Both the position numbers and the translations under genes were made by a program. Shown piece by piece: positions 1 through 14,585 of a stretch of 64,000 bases of DNA. The first letter of the stretch is position 1. The number at the start of each line of letters is the position of its first letter. The notes beneath the pieces were generated by a model. It worked only from the letters and a program-made list of their open reading frames with translations, was not told the origin of the DNA and did no database searches. This DNA comes from Eledone cirrhosa (lineage: Eukaryota): positions 48,546,001 to 48,610,000 of the forward strand of contig OZ024747.1 in assembly GCA_964016885.1 (NCBI GenBank), given 5' to 3'.

Positions 1-3000
1 GCACAGGACGGTACAGGACGGTACGATGTGGGTTTTGTGCGTGTAAATATTTTTATTATTTATATAAGAAAAGAAAAAAAAGGACATAGAAACATATATA
101 TATATAAACAATAAAAATGAAAATTGAAACAATGAAAAATTCCCCAATAGGGGGGGGGGGAACCTCCGAGGGTTACTCGTGGCGAAAACCACACAAAAGA
201 CCACGGCCACCCTGACCACCAGGGCAAGCGCCCTCTCTCAATTTTTCCATTTCTCAAACTACAGACGTATATTCAGAGCGGTCTCGTTCACTCGGACCAT
301 TCTCGCTACATTCACCCACCTTTCAACAAACTTGCTAGAAGGCAGCACTTGCTTCTCCACCCTGATTTTCCTCTTCAAGTGAAACTTGAAAAAGTTAATT
401 AGGGATTCGCCGAAGAGGAAAGTGTCTGTCTTTAACCCTTTTAACCTTGTCCACCACACAATCTCTTTCGCCATGGCCACCAGGCTGATGAAAACCGCCT
501 GCCCTTCCTCCCCGAAGGAAGACGGCGAGACCATCTGCACAATGGACTCAGTCGATAACCGGATCAGTCATACACGCGACAGCAACTGTTCGACATAGCT
601 CCACAAGTCAGCAATGCTCGGGCACTGAACGAGTGCGTGCACGACGGTTTCGTCGCTCTGTGCGCATCTCGGACAGGATCGGCTGACGGCACTTCCGTGC
701 CTGTAGAGCTTATCTCGAACCGGCAGCGCTCCCCGGTAGCAGTGCCAGACCAGGGATTTTTGGAAGTTATCCATAGGCCCTGGGCTTAAAGTTCTCCGGA
801 AGAGAGCAAACAGCTGATCTTCTTCGACGCCCAGGATCTCTCCGAGAATGTCGTCGCTCTTCTCCTCCACTAGTCCTCTATAGAACGCCGAGGTGGATGT
901 TCCACCGATACTGCTGCCCAGCTGACAGAGGGCAGTAAGCGCCTGGAGACATTCCAGTTTCCAAGCGCTATCCCTCGGTCTTTTTCTGACCCAGGACTGC
1001 AGCAAGGAGACGAGCTGTGGGAAAACGTGCCTGGCGAACGGCGACCACACCTGTTCACCGTCAAGGAAGCACCAGAGATGTCGCAGCCTCACCGCATGTT
1101 TGCGCATCATCAGCCATGGCATGCCCAGTCCTCCACGCAACGGGTGTTGACAGCAGATGGATCGTCTGACCATGGGAGCGCGTCCCTTCCACAAAAAGTG
1201 GGAGAGGAGGCGCTCCATTTTGGTGAGAGTTGGGCTGGAGCAAGGGACGTCGGTGAGGCGGTAGCAGATGACGGATGCGATGTACGCATTCGCCACCTCC
1301 GCCCGGCCTTTCAGGGACAGCTTCCTCTCGGTCCATTTCTGGGTGAGGGAGGCCACCCTGCTCGTCACCTCGTTTCAGTTGTTCTCCATCTGGAGGTCCG
1401 GTCCGAACCAGACCCCGAGCAATTTAACCGGTCCGTCCGTCCAACGCCCCACGACGCTGTCGGACGGCATGGACTTGCCTCTCCAGGTGCCGAGCTGCAA
1501 GCCCACCGACTTTTCCTGGTTTATCTTTGTTCCTGTCACCGCTTCGTATTCCTTGAGAGCGGTGCCGAGCATCTGGACGTGTCTGGTGCTCGACGCCAAC
1601 GCGGTGACGTCGTCGGCGTAAGCCGACTCGGATTTCCCGCATCCTAGTTCGCGTGGGACGCCCCTCAACGCCCCCAGTTTGTGCAGTAACGGCTCGAAAG
1701 CCAATACGTACAAGAGGGACGAGAAGAGACAACCTTGGCGGACTGAGCGCATGATGCTGAACGGCTGCGACAGGTGACCGTTCACCCTCACAACTGAGCA
1801 GATGTCGCTGTACATCGCTGCGATCCAACCCCTGAAAACGGGCCCGAAACCGGCTGCCTCGAGGACTGCTGCCAGGTACCGATGGTCGACCCTATCGAAT
1901 GCTTTGGATTGATCCAAGTTGATCAGAGCCCCACCCGTGCCAGCTTCCTTAACCACCCTCTCTATGATGTATCGCATGAGGTGGAGGTTGTCATGTATGG
2001 ATCTGTCTGGAATGGCGCATGTCTGCGCTTCTCCCACCAGACCCTTGACGACAAGCGCCAACCTCGTTGCTAACACCTTGGCCAAAATCTTGAACTCTGC
2101 GTTTACCAGGGTTATGGACCTGAAATTATCGATAACATCCCCCTTGTTCGGGTCTTTTCTCAGCAGCGCCACCGCTCCCCGGCTCACAAAACTGGGAATG
2201 CTCCCGTTCTGCTGCCAGTTGCAGTAGACGTCTGCCAAGAGGTCACCGAACAAGTCTGGCATAAATGCATAAAGCTCGTAGGGCAGACCATCCAAACCTT
2301 ACGATTTATCCCTCGTGCAGTTAGCCATCGCTTCCCGTATTTCACCGGCTGTTATTGGCTTTTCACAACACTGTGCTGCGGTCGTCGAGAGCCGAGGCAG
2401 TCCGTCGAGGTATGCACTGAAGTCCATGCCCCGATCCGGGCCGCAGCTGCTCCCGAACAGTTCAGCAAAGTGCTGCTGAAAAGCTTCACACATCCGCTCG
2501 GGTTCGAGCATCACACACCCGTTTTGGTCAGACAAAGACCGAATTGTGGCTTTCTTGCCACGTCGCGCCTCTGCCACCCGGGCCCATTGGACGGCTTTTG
2601 TCCCCTCGTGTTTCAGAGCACGCGCTCTAGCTCTGACAACGGAGCCTTCGTGTTTTCCGTTGAAGAATTGGTCGAGTGCCAATCTCGCCGCAAGCACGTC
2701 GGTTGCGATGCCTGTCCTAAACGCCTCTTCTAGCTTTCTGACTAGCTCTCCCTCTACTCTATTTTCCTCTATCACTACTCCTTTGCTAAACCTAATCGAC
2801 TCTACTTTAATTGCCCTTTTCAGGGCGAACCACCACCTGTTGACGACCGCTACCGTCAACGCCCGCTTAACTAATACGCTAATCCGGTCTCTGTAGGCTT
2901 TGCGCGCCGGGAAAGACGCGTTCAGCTTCCAGTAACACAGCCCTTGTCTATGAAGTCTGTCTATGTCATATTCACAGATCACAAATTTGTGGTCTGTGTA

Positions 3001-4310
3001 GTCGACTACTTTAAATTGCAGACAACTTATACTAGCCTTATCTAGTTCCCTGCAGAATACCCTATCTAGATACGAGCTGGATGACCCGATACGGTTTGTC
3101 CATGTCCACATTGGCAGATTCGGGTGATCCAGTCGATACCAGTCAGACAGTTCAAAACGCCTGAGCAGGTTGGTGAGGCTCTTGCACCCTCCTCCCCTAT
3201 CCACTAGCCCCACACGATCCCAGCGTGCATCCAAGATACCGTTCCAGTCGCCCACTAACACTAAAGAGCGGGACGTTCCAAGAAAGGTCTCTAGACGTCT
3301 GAAGAAATCTGGCCGTCCTGCCCCTGTTGGGGCGTAGACGGCTACAAGCCTGAAAGCATTGCCTTCGCTGCCGGTCACGTCCAGCACCACCGACTTACCT
3401 TCTGGGTCCAGGAAGATGGGCCGTATGGCGAGATCCAACCCTCTCCGAAAAAGGACGGCAACCCCTCCCCCCGATCCTGGACGGCTGGGAGATGCGTATA
3501 CATCGTAGCCGCCGAAGATCGGTGCGAAGGCTCGTGCTTCAGAGATTCTGGTCTCACTGATGGCCACCACATCTATGTTTAGTGACATGGGGCGTTGAGC
3601 AGGTGACCCTGCTTCCAAGATGACCCCAGGCCACGTGCATTTATACTGCCTATTCTGAGTACGGCCACGTTGGATGAGAAACGGGGCAAGTGAAGGGACA
3701 GTGTGGTGAAGGGACAGTAAAACCCTCCCTTTCGCTGGTCATGGGTGTTTCCAAGAGGATGTCAGTGTATATTCTCTTGGTAACCGACCCTCTGAAATCT
3801 CCAACTGCGTTGGGGAATTTTTGTTTTAAAGGTTTGTACTGTTCTATTGAGATTTCAATGATGCTTATGTTTGTCGGGAGAGTTCTTGGTGTTGGTGGGG
3901 TGTAGTAGTTTTTTTCTGTGATGTCTCTGTGCTGCTTTATATATTGTATGAGTTCTTTTTTTGCCATGTTTATGGCTGTGTACTTTTTGGGGGGAGGGGT
4001 GATTTTGTTGCTGTTTTCTTCTTGTTGCTGTTTGGTGTGTGTTTTGTTTTGTTTGCGTTGTTGGTGTTTTTGGTGATGCTGCTGGTGGTGTGGTTGTTGT
4101 TGTCACTGGTGCTTGTGGTGGTGATGGTGATAATGGTAGTGTTGCTGCAAGTTTCCTTGCTGCCTTTACCCCTCTTTGTGTGCCTTCGTTTTTGTGTTTT
4201 TTGTTTTTTGTGGCAGACCGTTTGCCACTTCACTCCCGCCTCAAACTCGATGTTGGATTCCGTGGCGTCTGGGAGGGGTATGTGCTCCACGGCTGTTGGT
4301 GGTGGTAGTG
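1..4310 (-). mobile_element. Tx1/L1-group non-LTR retrotransposon, near full-length and decayed; 3' end runs off the window
   Basis: APE + RT + C-terminal CxxC ORF2 on the minus strand; Lys/Thr-rich ORF1-like remnants at 3670-4310; the 3' UTR (1-258) matches a separate 3' fragment at 42811-43103. Confidence 0.88.
259..3668 (-). pseudogene. ORF2 (APE endonuclease - reverse transcriptase - zinc-binding domain) of the Tx1-like LINE
   Basis: Motifs GSINARGL, VAISET, VYAP, GDWN, YLDR, TDH, LDQSKAFDRVDH, VRQGCLFS, AYADD, CPRC..ETVVHALVQC. ORFs 2299-3618, 1375-2295, 568-1368 and 259-540 share one frame, split by stops at 2299, 1375 and 568; one frameshift near 3590. Confidence 0.92.
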
Positions 4311-4473
4311 GATGGTAACAACAACAACAACAAAAACATCAATAATGGCAATCGTAATCATAATAAGTTAAGTAAACATACTTTCATTATTTCCGCCAGC
4401 TCCAGTATCTTAAGAGAAAAGAAACATTTGAAGCAAAAATGAAAAGGAGGCTGAGAGCAAAGACATAAAATGG

Positions 4474-4600
<127 letters not shown>

Positions 4601-5074
4601 ATTCGAAAATGAAAGAAATCAGGAAAAGTGGGTAAGAGAGAGGGTGTGAGAGCGAGATAGAGAGTAAAAGAATATAAAAATGAGATGTAAATAAATAAAG
4701 TTTCAAGTGATGTATCGTTTGCAATAGACGGCTTTGAGCCTAGTCGTATACAGAACATGGCTGACTGTTAGCAGTCTAGATTTTCATATTGGTAAAAGGT
4801 GTTAGTTCCAGACACAGTGGAGAAAGAAATGGAAAGAGAAGGCCTTCCTGGAATATTGCAATTCTGATAAGGATTCATAAGATTTTTCTCCCAGATTCCT
4901 CCCTCTTTTTTTTTCAGTTTGATCTGTCCAACTCTCTTCCAATTTAGTTGTTGTTGCTGTTACATATTTAACCTGGTTGAGACCATCCCTCACCAGATCT
5001 GACCTCAGCTGATTTCTTCGAGAGAGAAAGAAAGAGGCAGAGAAATTGAGAAATAGATAGAAATAGATAGAGTA

Positions 5075-5105
<31 letters not shown>

Positions 5106-5198
5106 GAGGAAGACAGAGGAGGAGAAGAAGAAGAAGAAGAAGAAGAAGAAGAAGAAGAAGAAGAAGAAGAAGAAGAAGAAGAAGAAGAAGAGAGAGAG
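5075..5198. repeat. (GA)n/(GAA)n compound microsatellite
   Basis: Direct read. Confidence 0.9.
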
Positions 5199-5715
5199 TC
5201 GTTAAGTCCTGATGGACCAGGCTAGTAACCAGAGACCTTCCAACTGAGACAATACCGTCATTTTCCCAATATAGTACATTATGGACCACTTTATCCAATA
5301 TTCCCCCACCCCTTTAAAACAAGGTGTAGTATAACTGAGAAAGATCTGACTGATTTCTAGCAACTGTCTAGAAGTTCCCTCATTAGTAAATAAGTTAACG
5401 ATCTGGCTGTTATTTCTAACTGCCACCTAGAGGTTCCTTCATATTAACATGCCAGATTTTTCCTCTTAATGCTAGTATTAAAATGACCCCCCTTTCGTTA
5501 AGACATTGAATGTTGTTTCTGACATTTTCAATGTATTGATCTGGAAGAAAAGGCTTTGCCCATAGCCATAGCATGTCTTCCAAGATAAGTGATGTCAGTG
5601 TGGGGATGTAGTCGATATTCTCCTTGAACAACACCAAATCTATAACTGTAGGGGACAAAAAAACATGAATAAGGAGGAAATTCCAGTGGGTTGACATTCT
5701 AGTGAGGAAGGATTT

Positions 5716-7516
5716 GACATAGTAGTTAGTGGACAACCGAGAGTAGATCTGTTAGTTATGACATAGTAGTTAGTGGACAACCGAGAGGGGACCTGTTAGT
5801 TATGACATAGTAATTAGTGGACAACCGAGAGGGGACCTGTTAGTTATGACATAGTAGTTAGTGGACAACCGAGAGGGGACCTGTTAGTTATGACATAGTA
5901 GTTAGTGGACAACCGAGAGTAGATCTGTTAGTTATGACATAGTAGTTAGTGGACAACCGAGAGTAGATCTGTTAGTTATGACATAGTAGTTAGTGGACAA
6001 CCGAGAGGGGACCTGTTAGTTATGACATAGTAATTAGTGGACAACCGAGAGGGGACCTGTTAGTTATGACATAGTAGTTAGTGGACAACCGAGAGGGGAC
6101 CTGTTAGTTATGACATAGTAGTTAGTGGACAACCGAGAGTAGATCTGTTAGTTATGACATAGTAGTTAGTGGACAACCGAGAGTAGATCTGTTAGTTATG
6201 ACATAGTAGTTAGTGGACAACCGAGAGGGGACCTGTTAGTTATGACATAGTAGTTAGTGGACAACCGAGAGGGGACCTGTTAGTTATGACATAGTAATTA
6301 GTGGACAACCGAGAGTAGATCTGTTAGTTATGACATAGTAATTAGTGGACAACCGAGAGGGGACCTGTTAGTTATGACATAGTAGTTAGTGGGCAACCGA
6401 GAGTAGATCTGTTAGTTATGACATAGTAGTTAGTGGACAACCGAGAGTAGATCTGTTAGTTATGACATAGTAGTTAGTGGACAACCGAGAGGGGACCTGT
6501 TAGTTATGACATAGTAATTAGTGGACAACCGAGAGGGGACCTGTTAGTTATGACATAGTAATTAGTGGACAACCGAGAGGGGACCTGTTAGTTATGACAT
6601 AGTAATTAGTGGACAACCGAGAGGGGACCTGTTAGTTATGACATAGTAATTAGTGGACAACCGAGAGGGGACCTGTTAGTTATGACATAGTAATTAGTGG
6701 ACAACCGAGAGGGGACCTGTTAGTTATGACATAGTAGTTAGTGGACAACCGAGAGTAGATCTGTTAGTTATGACATAGTAGTTAGTGGACAACCGAGAGG
6801 GGACCTGTTAGTTATGACATAGTAGTTAGTGGACAACCGAGAGGGGACCTGTTAGTTATGACATAGTAGTTAGTGGACAACCGAGAGGGGACCTGTTAGT
6901 TATGACATAGTAATTAGTGGACAACCGAGAGTAGATCTGTTAGTTATGACATAATAATTAGTGGACAACCGAGAGGGGACCTGTTAGTTATGACATAGTA
7001 GTTAGTGGACAACCGAGAATGGACCTGTTAGTTATGACATAGTAGTTAGTGGACAACCGAGAGGGGACCTGTTAGTTATGACATAGTAGTTAGTGGACAA
7101 CCGAGAGGGGACCTGTTAGTTATGACATAGTAATTAGTGGACAACCGAGAGTAGATCTGTTAGTTATGACATAGTAATTAGTGGACAACCGAGAGGGGAC
7201 CTGTTAGTTATGACATAGTAGTTAGTGGACAACCGAGAGTAGATCTGTTAGTTATGACATAGTAGTTAGTGGACAACCGAGAGTAGATCTGTTAGTTATG
7301 ACATAGTAGTTAGTGGACAACCGAGAGGGGACCTGTTAGTTATGACATAGTAATTAGTGGACAACCGAGAGGGGACCTGTTAGTTATGACATAGTAATTA
7401 GTGGACAACCGAGAGTAGATCTGTTAGTTATGACATAGTAATTAGTGGACAACCAAGAGGGGACCTGTTAGTTATGACAGTAGTTAGTGGAGAACAGAAA
7501 GGGGACCTGTTAGTTA
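5716..7516. repeat. 44-bp minisatellite, 40 full units plus one degenerate unit
   Basis: Unit GACATAGTA(G/A)TTAGTGGACAACCGAGAG(TAGAT/GGGAC)CTGTTAGTTAT; starts at 5716, 5760, 5804 ... 7432; no unique spacers. Confidence 0.97.
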
Positions 7517-9023
7517 TTTTAATCAGAAGTTTGACGCTTAAAAATTTCCGGTTGTTTTTCAGTTGTTTGGGTTTTGTAGTTTATTTGTTTGATTCTTATT
7601 TTTAACCTCAAGAGTGATTTTCTGTTGCACTTGTTATGTATAGCTTTCTAACCCCGTGGTGATCCATCCATTTTTCCTCTCTTCCCTAACACCTATTCTT
7701 CATGTTGACGCTGAAATTGTTTCAATTTGACTTTTAGCTACCGCATTCATTGGAAGAAATTCAATTTAAAAATAAAAATCAGAGTAAAAATTTTCGGTCG
7801 GGTTGCATTATACTCAGGTGTAAAAAATATCCAGGTCTTAAATGGCTCGAGACCAAAGACCTGCATCAGGTAAGTTCCTTTCCAAGCCGCAAACTTGGGC
7901 AAGATGTTTGTGGAAGGCTATCAGCTGCTCATGCAGGCAACTCACCCATCTATTCGCCACATATGGTGTCCAAGAGAAAGGAAAGGACCGATACAGCTTG
8001 GTACTAGCGATGTCACAAGTGAACTCAGAAGACAATCCACCGGCCTGAACTGATATTTTATTTATCGACCCAAAAAGGCTTAAAAGGAATTCGACCTCGC
8101 TGCAATTTGAACACATAGCGCAGAAAGCCGGAACAAATATCACGAGACGAGAATAGGGGAAAGAGAATATTTACATCTTCCCAATAAGGAAAATGTCAGT
8201 GTATGGAGAACTAAGCTTGGTGCTGAAAGGATGGAGGAAGCGGAGAGTCAGCTGGAACTCGAGTAATTTAGGCGTACCCATAGGTTCCAGCTCTCTCATA
8301 TAGGGAAAGAAATGTGCGACACACAAAGATGTGTATCGATGGCTGACTAAATAAGTAAATAGATAAATAAAACCTCTTCCCAGTATGTGAGATATATTCA
8401 AGTTTTTCCGTTGTCTGCGCATGTTGCGTGTGTTCAGATTTTTACTATTGCCTTAGCCAGGTCATCTTTGACTTTTATCTAAAAATAGACTTTATACAAT
8501 TATCTTCCTCTATATCTATCTTTCTATCTCCATTCTTCTGTCTCTTTCTATATAATCCTCTCCCTTCTAATTTCTTGAGTCCTCATCACCCCAGTTCCTT
8601 CTCTCGCAGTTTATTGCCACCCCCTTCCCCTCCCGTTAATATTATCTCTATATTTCTCTGGCTAAATATTGCACACTGTACCTCGTTTCATCGCTTTTCG
8701 TTTTCAGTTAGAAGCAGCCTAGGTTGTACGTACACTTTTTACTTATTATATTTACTTATTATATTTGTTTGTAAAGACTCACTTTCTACTTTGTTGTCCT
8801 CTTTTGTCGTGTTGCAATCCTTTATGCACTAGAGGGAATGATACTAATTTTAAAGAATTGAAATCGCAGTGCTCTCCAGTAATCAGCTGATAAAAAAGGG
8901 ATACATCTGTGTTTTTCGGTTTCTTGTTGATATCACGTGTGCTTAGATTTAGAAATGTGTTTATTATTATTACCATACCCAACGCAGGCCATCATTGACA
9001 CACACACACACACACAGACACAG

Positions 9024-9123
<100 letters not shown>

Positions 9124-9570
9124 CCCCACCCCCACACACACACAGACATACACACACACACATATATATAATAAACCGATAAGCTTAAAAACTTGAAATT
9201 TATCTGCTTTTTTTATGAAAAGCCGCAGACAGAAAAATGTGTACAGTGACACCTAGGTGATCGATCCATGCATCTGTTGTAAGACTGATGTGATATTTAT
9301 TACAATAAAGCAGCCTGAACAAATTTTCACTGTCTAAATAGAAGTCTTAACACTTGAATAGAAATCTGCACATACACACACAGGAGGCGACTCCGCATAC
9401 ACGCCCCACACCCTTCCACCACCTGTTTTACCCCATTTTAATTTTATTTTATTTTGATCATGCTTTTATTTTTAATTTCATTCGCACCGTTTCCTCCCAC
9501 CCCCTTTTCGCTATATGTCTCTCCACCACTCCCCTACACACCCTTTGAACTTTCTTCCCACACACTTTTC

Positions 9571-9602
9571 ACCTGAAGAAGGGCTTATGCCCGAAACGTC
9601 GT
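9571..9602 (+). ncRNA. Minimal hammerhead-like motif (family J) in a Penelope-type terminal repeat
   Basis: AC-CTGAAGA-A-GGGC(TTAT)GCCC-GAAA-CG-TC-GT; helix I is only 2 bp; the downstream AATAAA tail recurs at ~47850-47930 and ~55770-55845. Confidence 0.5.
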
Positions 9603-9715
9603 TCCCCACCACCACCCCACTCTCAAGAGCGTGAAATTAATAAACATTCGTTGTACTGCCTCTCTGTTTTGTTCCTGTTCAAATTTTCCATTATATATAT
9701 ATATATATATATATA

Positions 9716-10135
9716 TATAACAACTAGAAATTGATTAACATATAAATAAACACGAATAATCACAGGAGATAATTTTTACAAGTGTGTAACCACACATAGC
9801 TAGGTAGGTAACTAAATAAGGTTGACCAGAACTTCAAAAATAGATACCTTATAATATGATTAATCTTCCCTGTATATATTCCATTAAAGAAATATATTTC
9901 ACCAATTAATCGAATAGTAAACCACGGAAGCGGAAACTTGGATTTTCAACAAGGAAGAAGTTCCAGCGATCAGTGTTTACACTTCAAGTTCAAATCAGCG
10001 ACTGGCCAGCAACACGTGCTATATCTACTAGAAATACACACATCATACTAGCTTCGTCCCAGTGGCGTGAATAGGGTTATCAACAACTAGAAACAGCAGT
10101 CGAGTCCTTTCAACAGAGTTAGCTCTACAATTAAG
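9716..10135. repeat. Dispersed (TA)n-flanked repeat; diverged inverted homolog at ~39590-40003
   Basis: Shared blocks such as CCCAGTGGCGTGAATAGG / CCTATTCACGCCACTGGG and TAGGTAGGTAACTAA / TTAGTTACCTACCTA. Confidence 0.75.
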
Positions 10136-10153
10136 GAGCCGTATTTATATATC

Positions 10154-10322
10154 TATATCCAAAATTAAGATAAATCAAATGAATTTAATCTAAATCAAAA
10201 TTATGGGTGTCATGCCAGAAAGACATGCGCCATATCACCCGCGGGTGATATGGCGCATGTCTTTCTGGCATGACACCCATAATTTTGATTTAGATTAAAT
10301 TCATTTGATTTATCTTAATTTT

Positions 10323-10329
<7 letters not shown>
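10154..10329. repeat. Perfect 176-bp spacer-less palindrome
   Basis: Centre CCCG|CGGG at 10241/10242; 88-bp arms; a single-arm homolog lies at ~39525-39575. Confidence 0.95.
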
Positions 10330-10380
<51 letters not shown>

Positions 10381-11001
10381 GCATATGCACACACATACAC
10401 ACACATATATCTATATCTATATCTATATATCTATCTATACACACACACCACACTAATACATTTCACTATCATTTGATAATGCATATAAATGCAGAAACCG
10501 GTAATAGACAATAATTAAATATATAAATAGATAAATAAATGCCATTGTTAAATAATAAATAAATCAACTAATACCTTAACACTTCACACAAAGTAAAACA
10601 TTTCGTTTTAATCATTTTCTAACCCAGAAAAAACAGAGAGAAAGACACAAAAAAAGGAAAAAAATATATTCGTCTCTTTCTCCCTGTTTTCATATATATA
10701 TATATGAATAAAAAATGGCGTAGACATACAACACAACAGGAGGAAAAGATATAACAACACTGACGATGTTGCAGATGTGCAACGAAAGATTTATGTAAAT
10801 TATGTAAACTATATATATGTGTTTGTGTCTATATTGTATCTGTATTATTTTTGACCGTCGGTCAGTCAATGGCAATATTGAGGACCGATTAAGTTAGATC
10901 GCAGATATAAAAGACAGCGAGAAGCGAAAACCAACCAAACAGTGAGTGTGTTCTGTTATTAATTCTGGCAATATTACACAAATATGACCCTCCCCAAGTA
11001 T

Positions 11002-11065
<64 letters not shown>

Positions 11066-11166
11066 TTAATATAGATGAGATTCTACAGGACTAGAACTGT
11101 TTCATTCTTTAGAAATCATATAATCATGAAAAGATATAAATACCAGTACATTTATTTTGGAAAGCC

Positions 11167-11217
11167 AGATTCCTGATGATTTCTAAAGAATGAAACAGTT
11201 CTAGTCCTGTAGAATCT
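11167..11217 (+). ncRNA. Type I hammerhead ribozyme (family A)
   Basis: AGATTC-CTGATGA-T.TTC(TAAA)GAA.T-GAAA-CAG(TTCTAGTC)CTG-TA-GAATCT; GUA cleavage predicted after 11211; truncated inverted copy at ~11063-11119. Confidence 0.85.
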
Positions 11218-11301
11218 CATCTATATTAAAACTTTTATACTCTGCTATGTATTGAGTACCTTACTTACTGTGGTTACCTCCGATTCAACCGGAATAACTT
11301 A

Positions 11302-11348
<47 letters not shown>

Positions 11349-11529
11349 TACTGCATTAGTGCGGCAGAAACTCGAGTCCGAGTACCATTATAGGCACCCG
11401 TTTTACGTGTGTTGAGTTGAAGCAAATAACTGTGTGTATACTCTGGGAATGTATCTTACGTTGCTCATGGGGTACGCTGAGATACAACCTGTACTGGCAT
11501 CGATAAATATGGTGGGTTCATCAACTCCT

Positions 11530-12083
<554 letters not shown>

Positions 12084-12122
12084 CAAAGAGATATTTATAT
12101 ATATATATGTATATATATATAT

Positions 12123-12197
<75 letters not shown>

Positions 12198-12209
12198 CAA
12201 AGAGATATT

Positions 12210-12340
<131 letters not shown>

Positions 12341-13466
12341 CATATACGTTTGAAGGGAAAATTAACTGTTTCAAGAGCAAGATTTTCTCTAATGGGCAGA
12401 AAAGTAAAGTTTAATAAAAAGCAAAATCAATGAATAATAGAAAAACTGTATAGAAGCGGACAATAGTTAGAGTAAGCAAAAGTCTGTGAAATAAAGAGAA
12501 TAAAGTGGAGCTGAGTTTTAATATAGATTGAATGAATAGAAAGACTAAGTATTTATTTATTCAATACCAGCGGATGTCACTTACGCTGTGGGATTAGTTC
12601 AGCACTCTGAGTCTTTGATGCAATTATTACAGAGTTTCAATACACACACACACACATACACAGACTCACACAGACTCACACACACACACACACACACATA
12701 TATGCGTACATATACACATATATATTACAGAGGAGGAAAAAGATTGTGCAAGTGACGGATATTAAAAAGAAGGGAAGGAGAAGCAAAAGAATAAGCAAAA
12801 GAATAAGGCGAAGAGAGAAATGGATGAGGAAGGGCAGGGGTGTGGAGAACAAAAATTGAACAAAAAAGGAAATAGCAGGAAAAGAAAAAGAATAAGAAAC
12901 AAAAAAAAAAAAACATAAGAAGAAAAGAAAAAGGGGCGGAGGATTTCGGGAAAGAAAGAAAAAGAAAGAAAAGGAATTTGAAAGAATTACAATTAAAGAT
13001 GAAGGATCCAAGCAATATATAAAGTATAAGAATATACTGGGCGAGGTCTGGGAACAGTATTGAAGAGGCGGAAAGAAACAACAATAACAATAACAAAAAC
13101 ATAGAAGACAAGTAAACGACTGATGTCCTGCTTGTGACTATGTCAGATAAAATGAAATAAATGTTAGTCTAGTTTAACTAGAATCAGGGTGGTAGCTTGA
13201 TATTATATATATATATACATGGGTATGTATATACATATATATATACAATTGTATGTGCATGTGTATATGTATGCATATGTGTGCGTATGTTTGTATATAT
13301 GTCCTTGTAAATATATATATATATATATATAAGCAAAGGGATATTTAATTTGTTGGTAATTCAACAAATATATATATTTATAACAGATTCGAAGCACTCG
13401 ACAAGTTTTCTGGAGTATAATATCAATGATATTAATAAATGGAAACTATATTTATAAAACCATATT

Positions 13467-13527
13467 TATTCTATTATATATATTTCAAGGGTACCAAAAC
13501 TTTGGTACGCTCTCATCAGATAAAATA
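13467..13527 (-). ncRNA. Type I hammerhead ribozyme (family B)
   Basis: Minus strand TATTTTAT-CTGATGA-GAGCGTACCAAA(GT)TTTGGTACCCTT-GAAA-TATATA-TA-ATAGAATA. Confidence 0.8.
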
Positions 13528-14398
13528 CAAAGCTTGTTTTATAAATATTGACACATCCAGGAATGAGACCTTAACGGTTCAAGTTTTACCTCGATAGTAT
13601 GTATGTATATGTACATATGTATGTATATGTACATGTGTATGTATATGTGAGTGTATATTTATACTTATATGTGTGTGTTTGCGTGAGCCTGTATATATAT
13701 ATGTGTGTGTGTATATATATATATATACAACTTTAAAATTTTTTAAAATCTTTTAGTTCTTTATTTTCTTGTTTTTGTCCACCACTATGTTTATGGATAC
13801 GTCGCGCGCATGTGCAAAGGTTTTTTTAATTTTAATTTTAATTTTAATTTATTTTTTTTATTTTTAATAATTTTCTTTCTTGCCTGAACTATATGGATTT
13901 AAATGTACGTGTGTGTATGTACTATTGCATATGTGTTTATATGTGTGTGTGTATATGTATTCATATACATGTGTGTGTGTGCGTGTGTTTTTGTATAAGT
14001 ATGTATATATGTATATGTATATACACGTGTGTGTATATGTATGCATATATATGTGTGTATGCATGTGTACATGTATATATATATGTATGTGTGTGACTTT
14101 GTATATATATGTGTATATATATATATTTATAGATATGTGTATGTGTACGTGTGTATGTATATATATATGCGTTTGTATATATATGTATGTGTACATGTAC
14201 GTATGTGTATGTGTGTGAGTATAAGAATATGCGTGGGTAGATGCTTACATATGTATGTGTATATTTTTATACATATACATATACATTTATTATTTTCCCC
14301 TTTATAATACATCCGTTATTTTATTTTTTATCAGCCCCACTTTCAATTGTTCTGGACTTTGTTTTGAAATCCATATCTCACGTTCGTTTTAAATAAAT

Positions 14399-14471
14399 TT
14401 TCGTTCTGACGAACGATTTCAGACTTCTATGTCAAGCTGGTCTGTCTTTGTGAAACCTTTGGTAAATGAAA
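14399..14471 (+). ncRNA. Type I hammerhead ribozyme (family H)
   Basis: TTTCGTT-CTGACGA-ACGA...CAGAC..GTCTG...TTGT-GAAA-CC(TTT)GG-TA-AATGAAA. Confidence 0.75.
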
Positions 14472-14585
14472 TATTTGTCTTATGTTGTTTATTACATAAC
14501 TAAATAGCTCTGTAGCCTACATAGAGCACTCTCCCTTCCTTTACCTTTCCTACGGAAACACTTAATATATATATATATATATATA

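Noticed and set aside
5416-5646. Possible minus-strand exon after a polypyrimidine-CAG acceptor
   Set aside because: No recognisable protein motif or partner exons; cannot be supported without RNA data
5716-7516. CRISPR-like array
   Set aside because: No unique spacers, no cas genes, eukaryotic context; it is a minisatellite
11351-11392. Half hammerhead GAAA-CTCGAG-TC
   Set aside because: Upstream core is absent (truncated by (TA)n); the same applies to GAAA-CGATCG at ~27625 and ~49327
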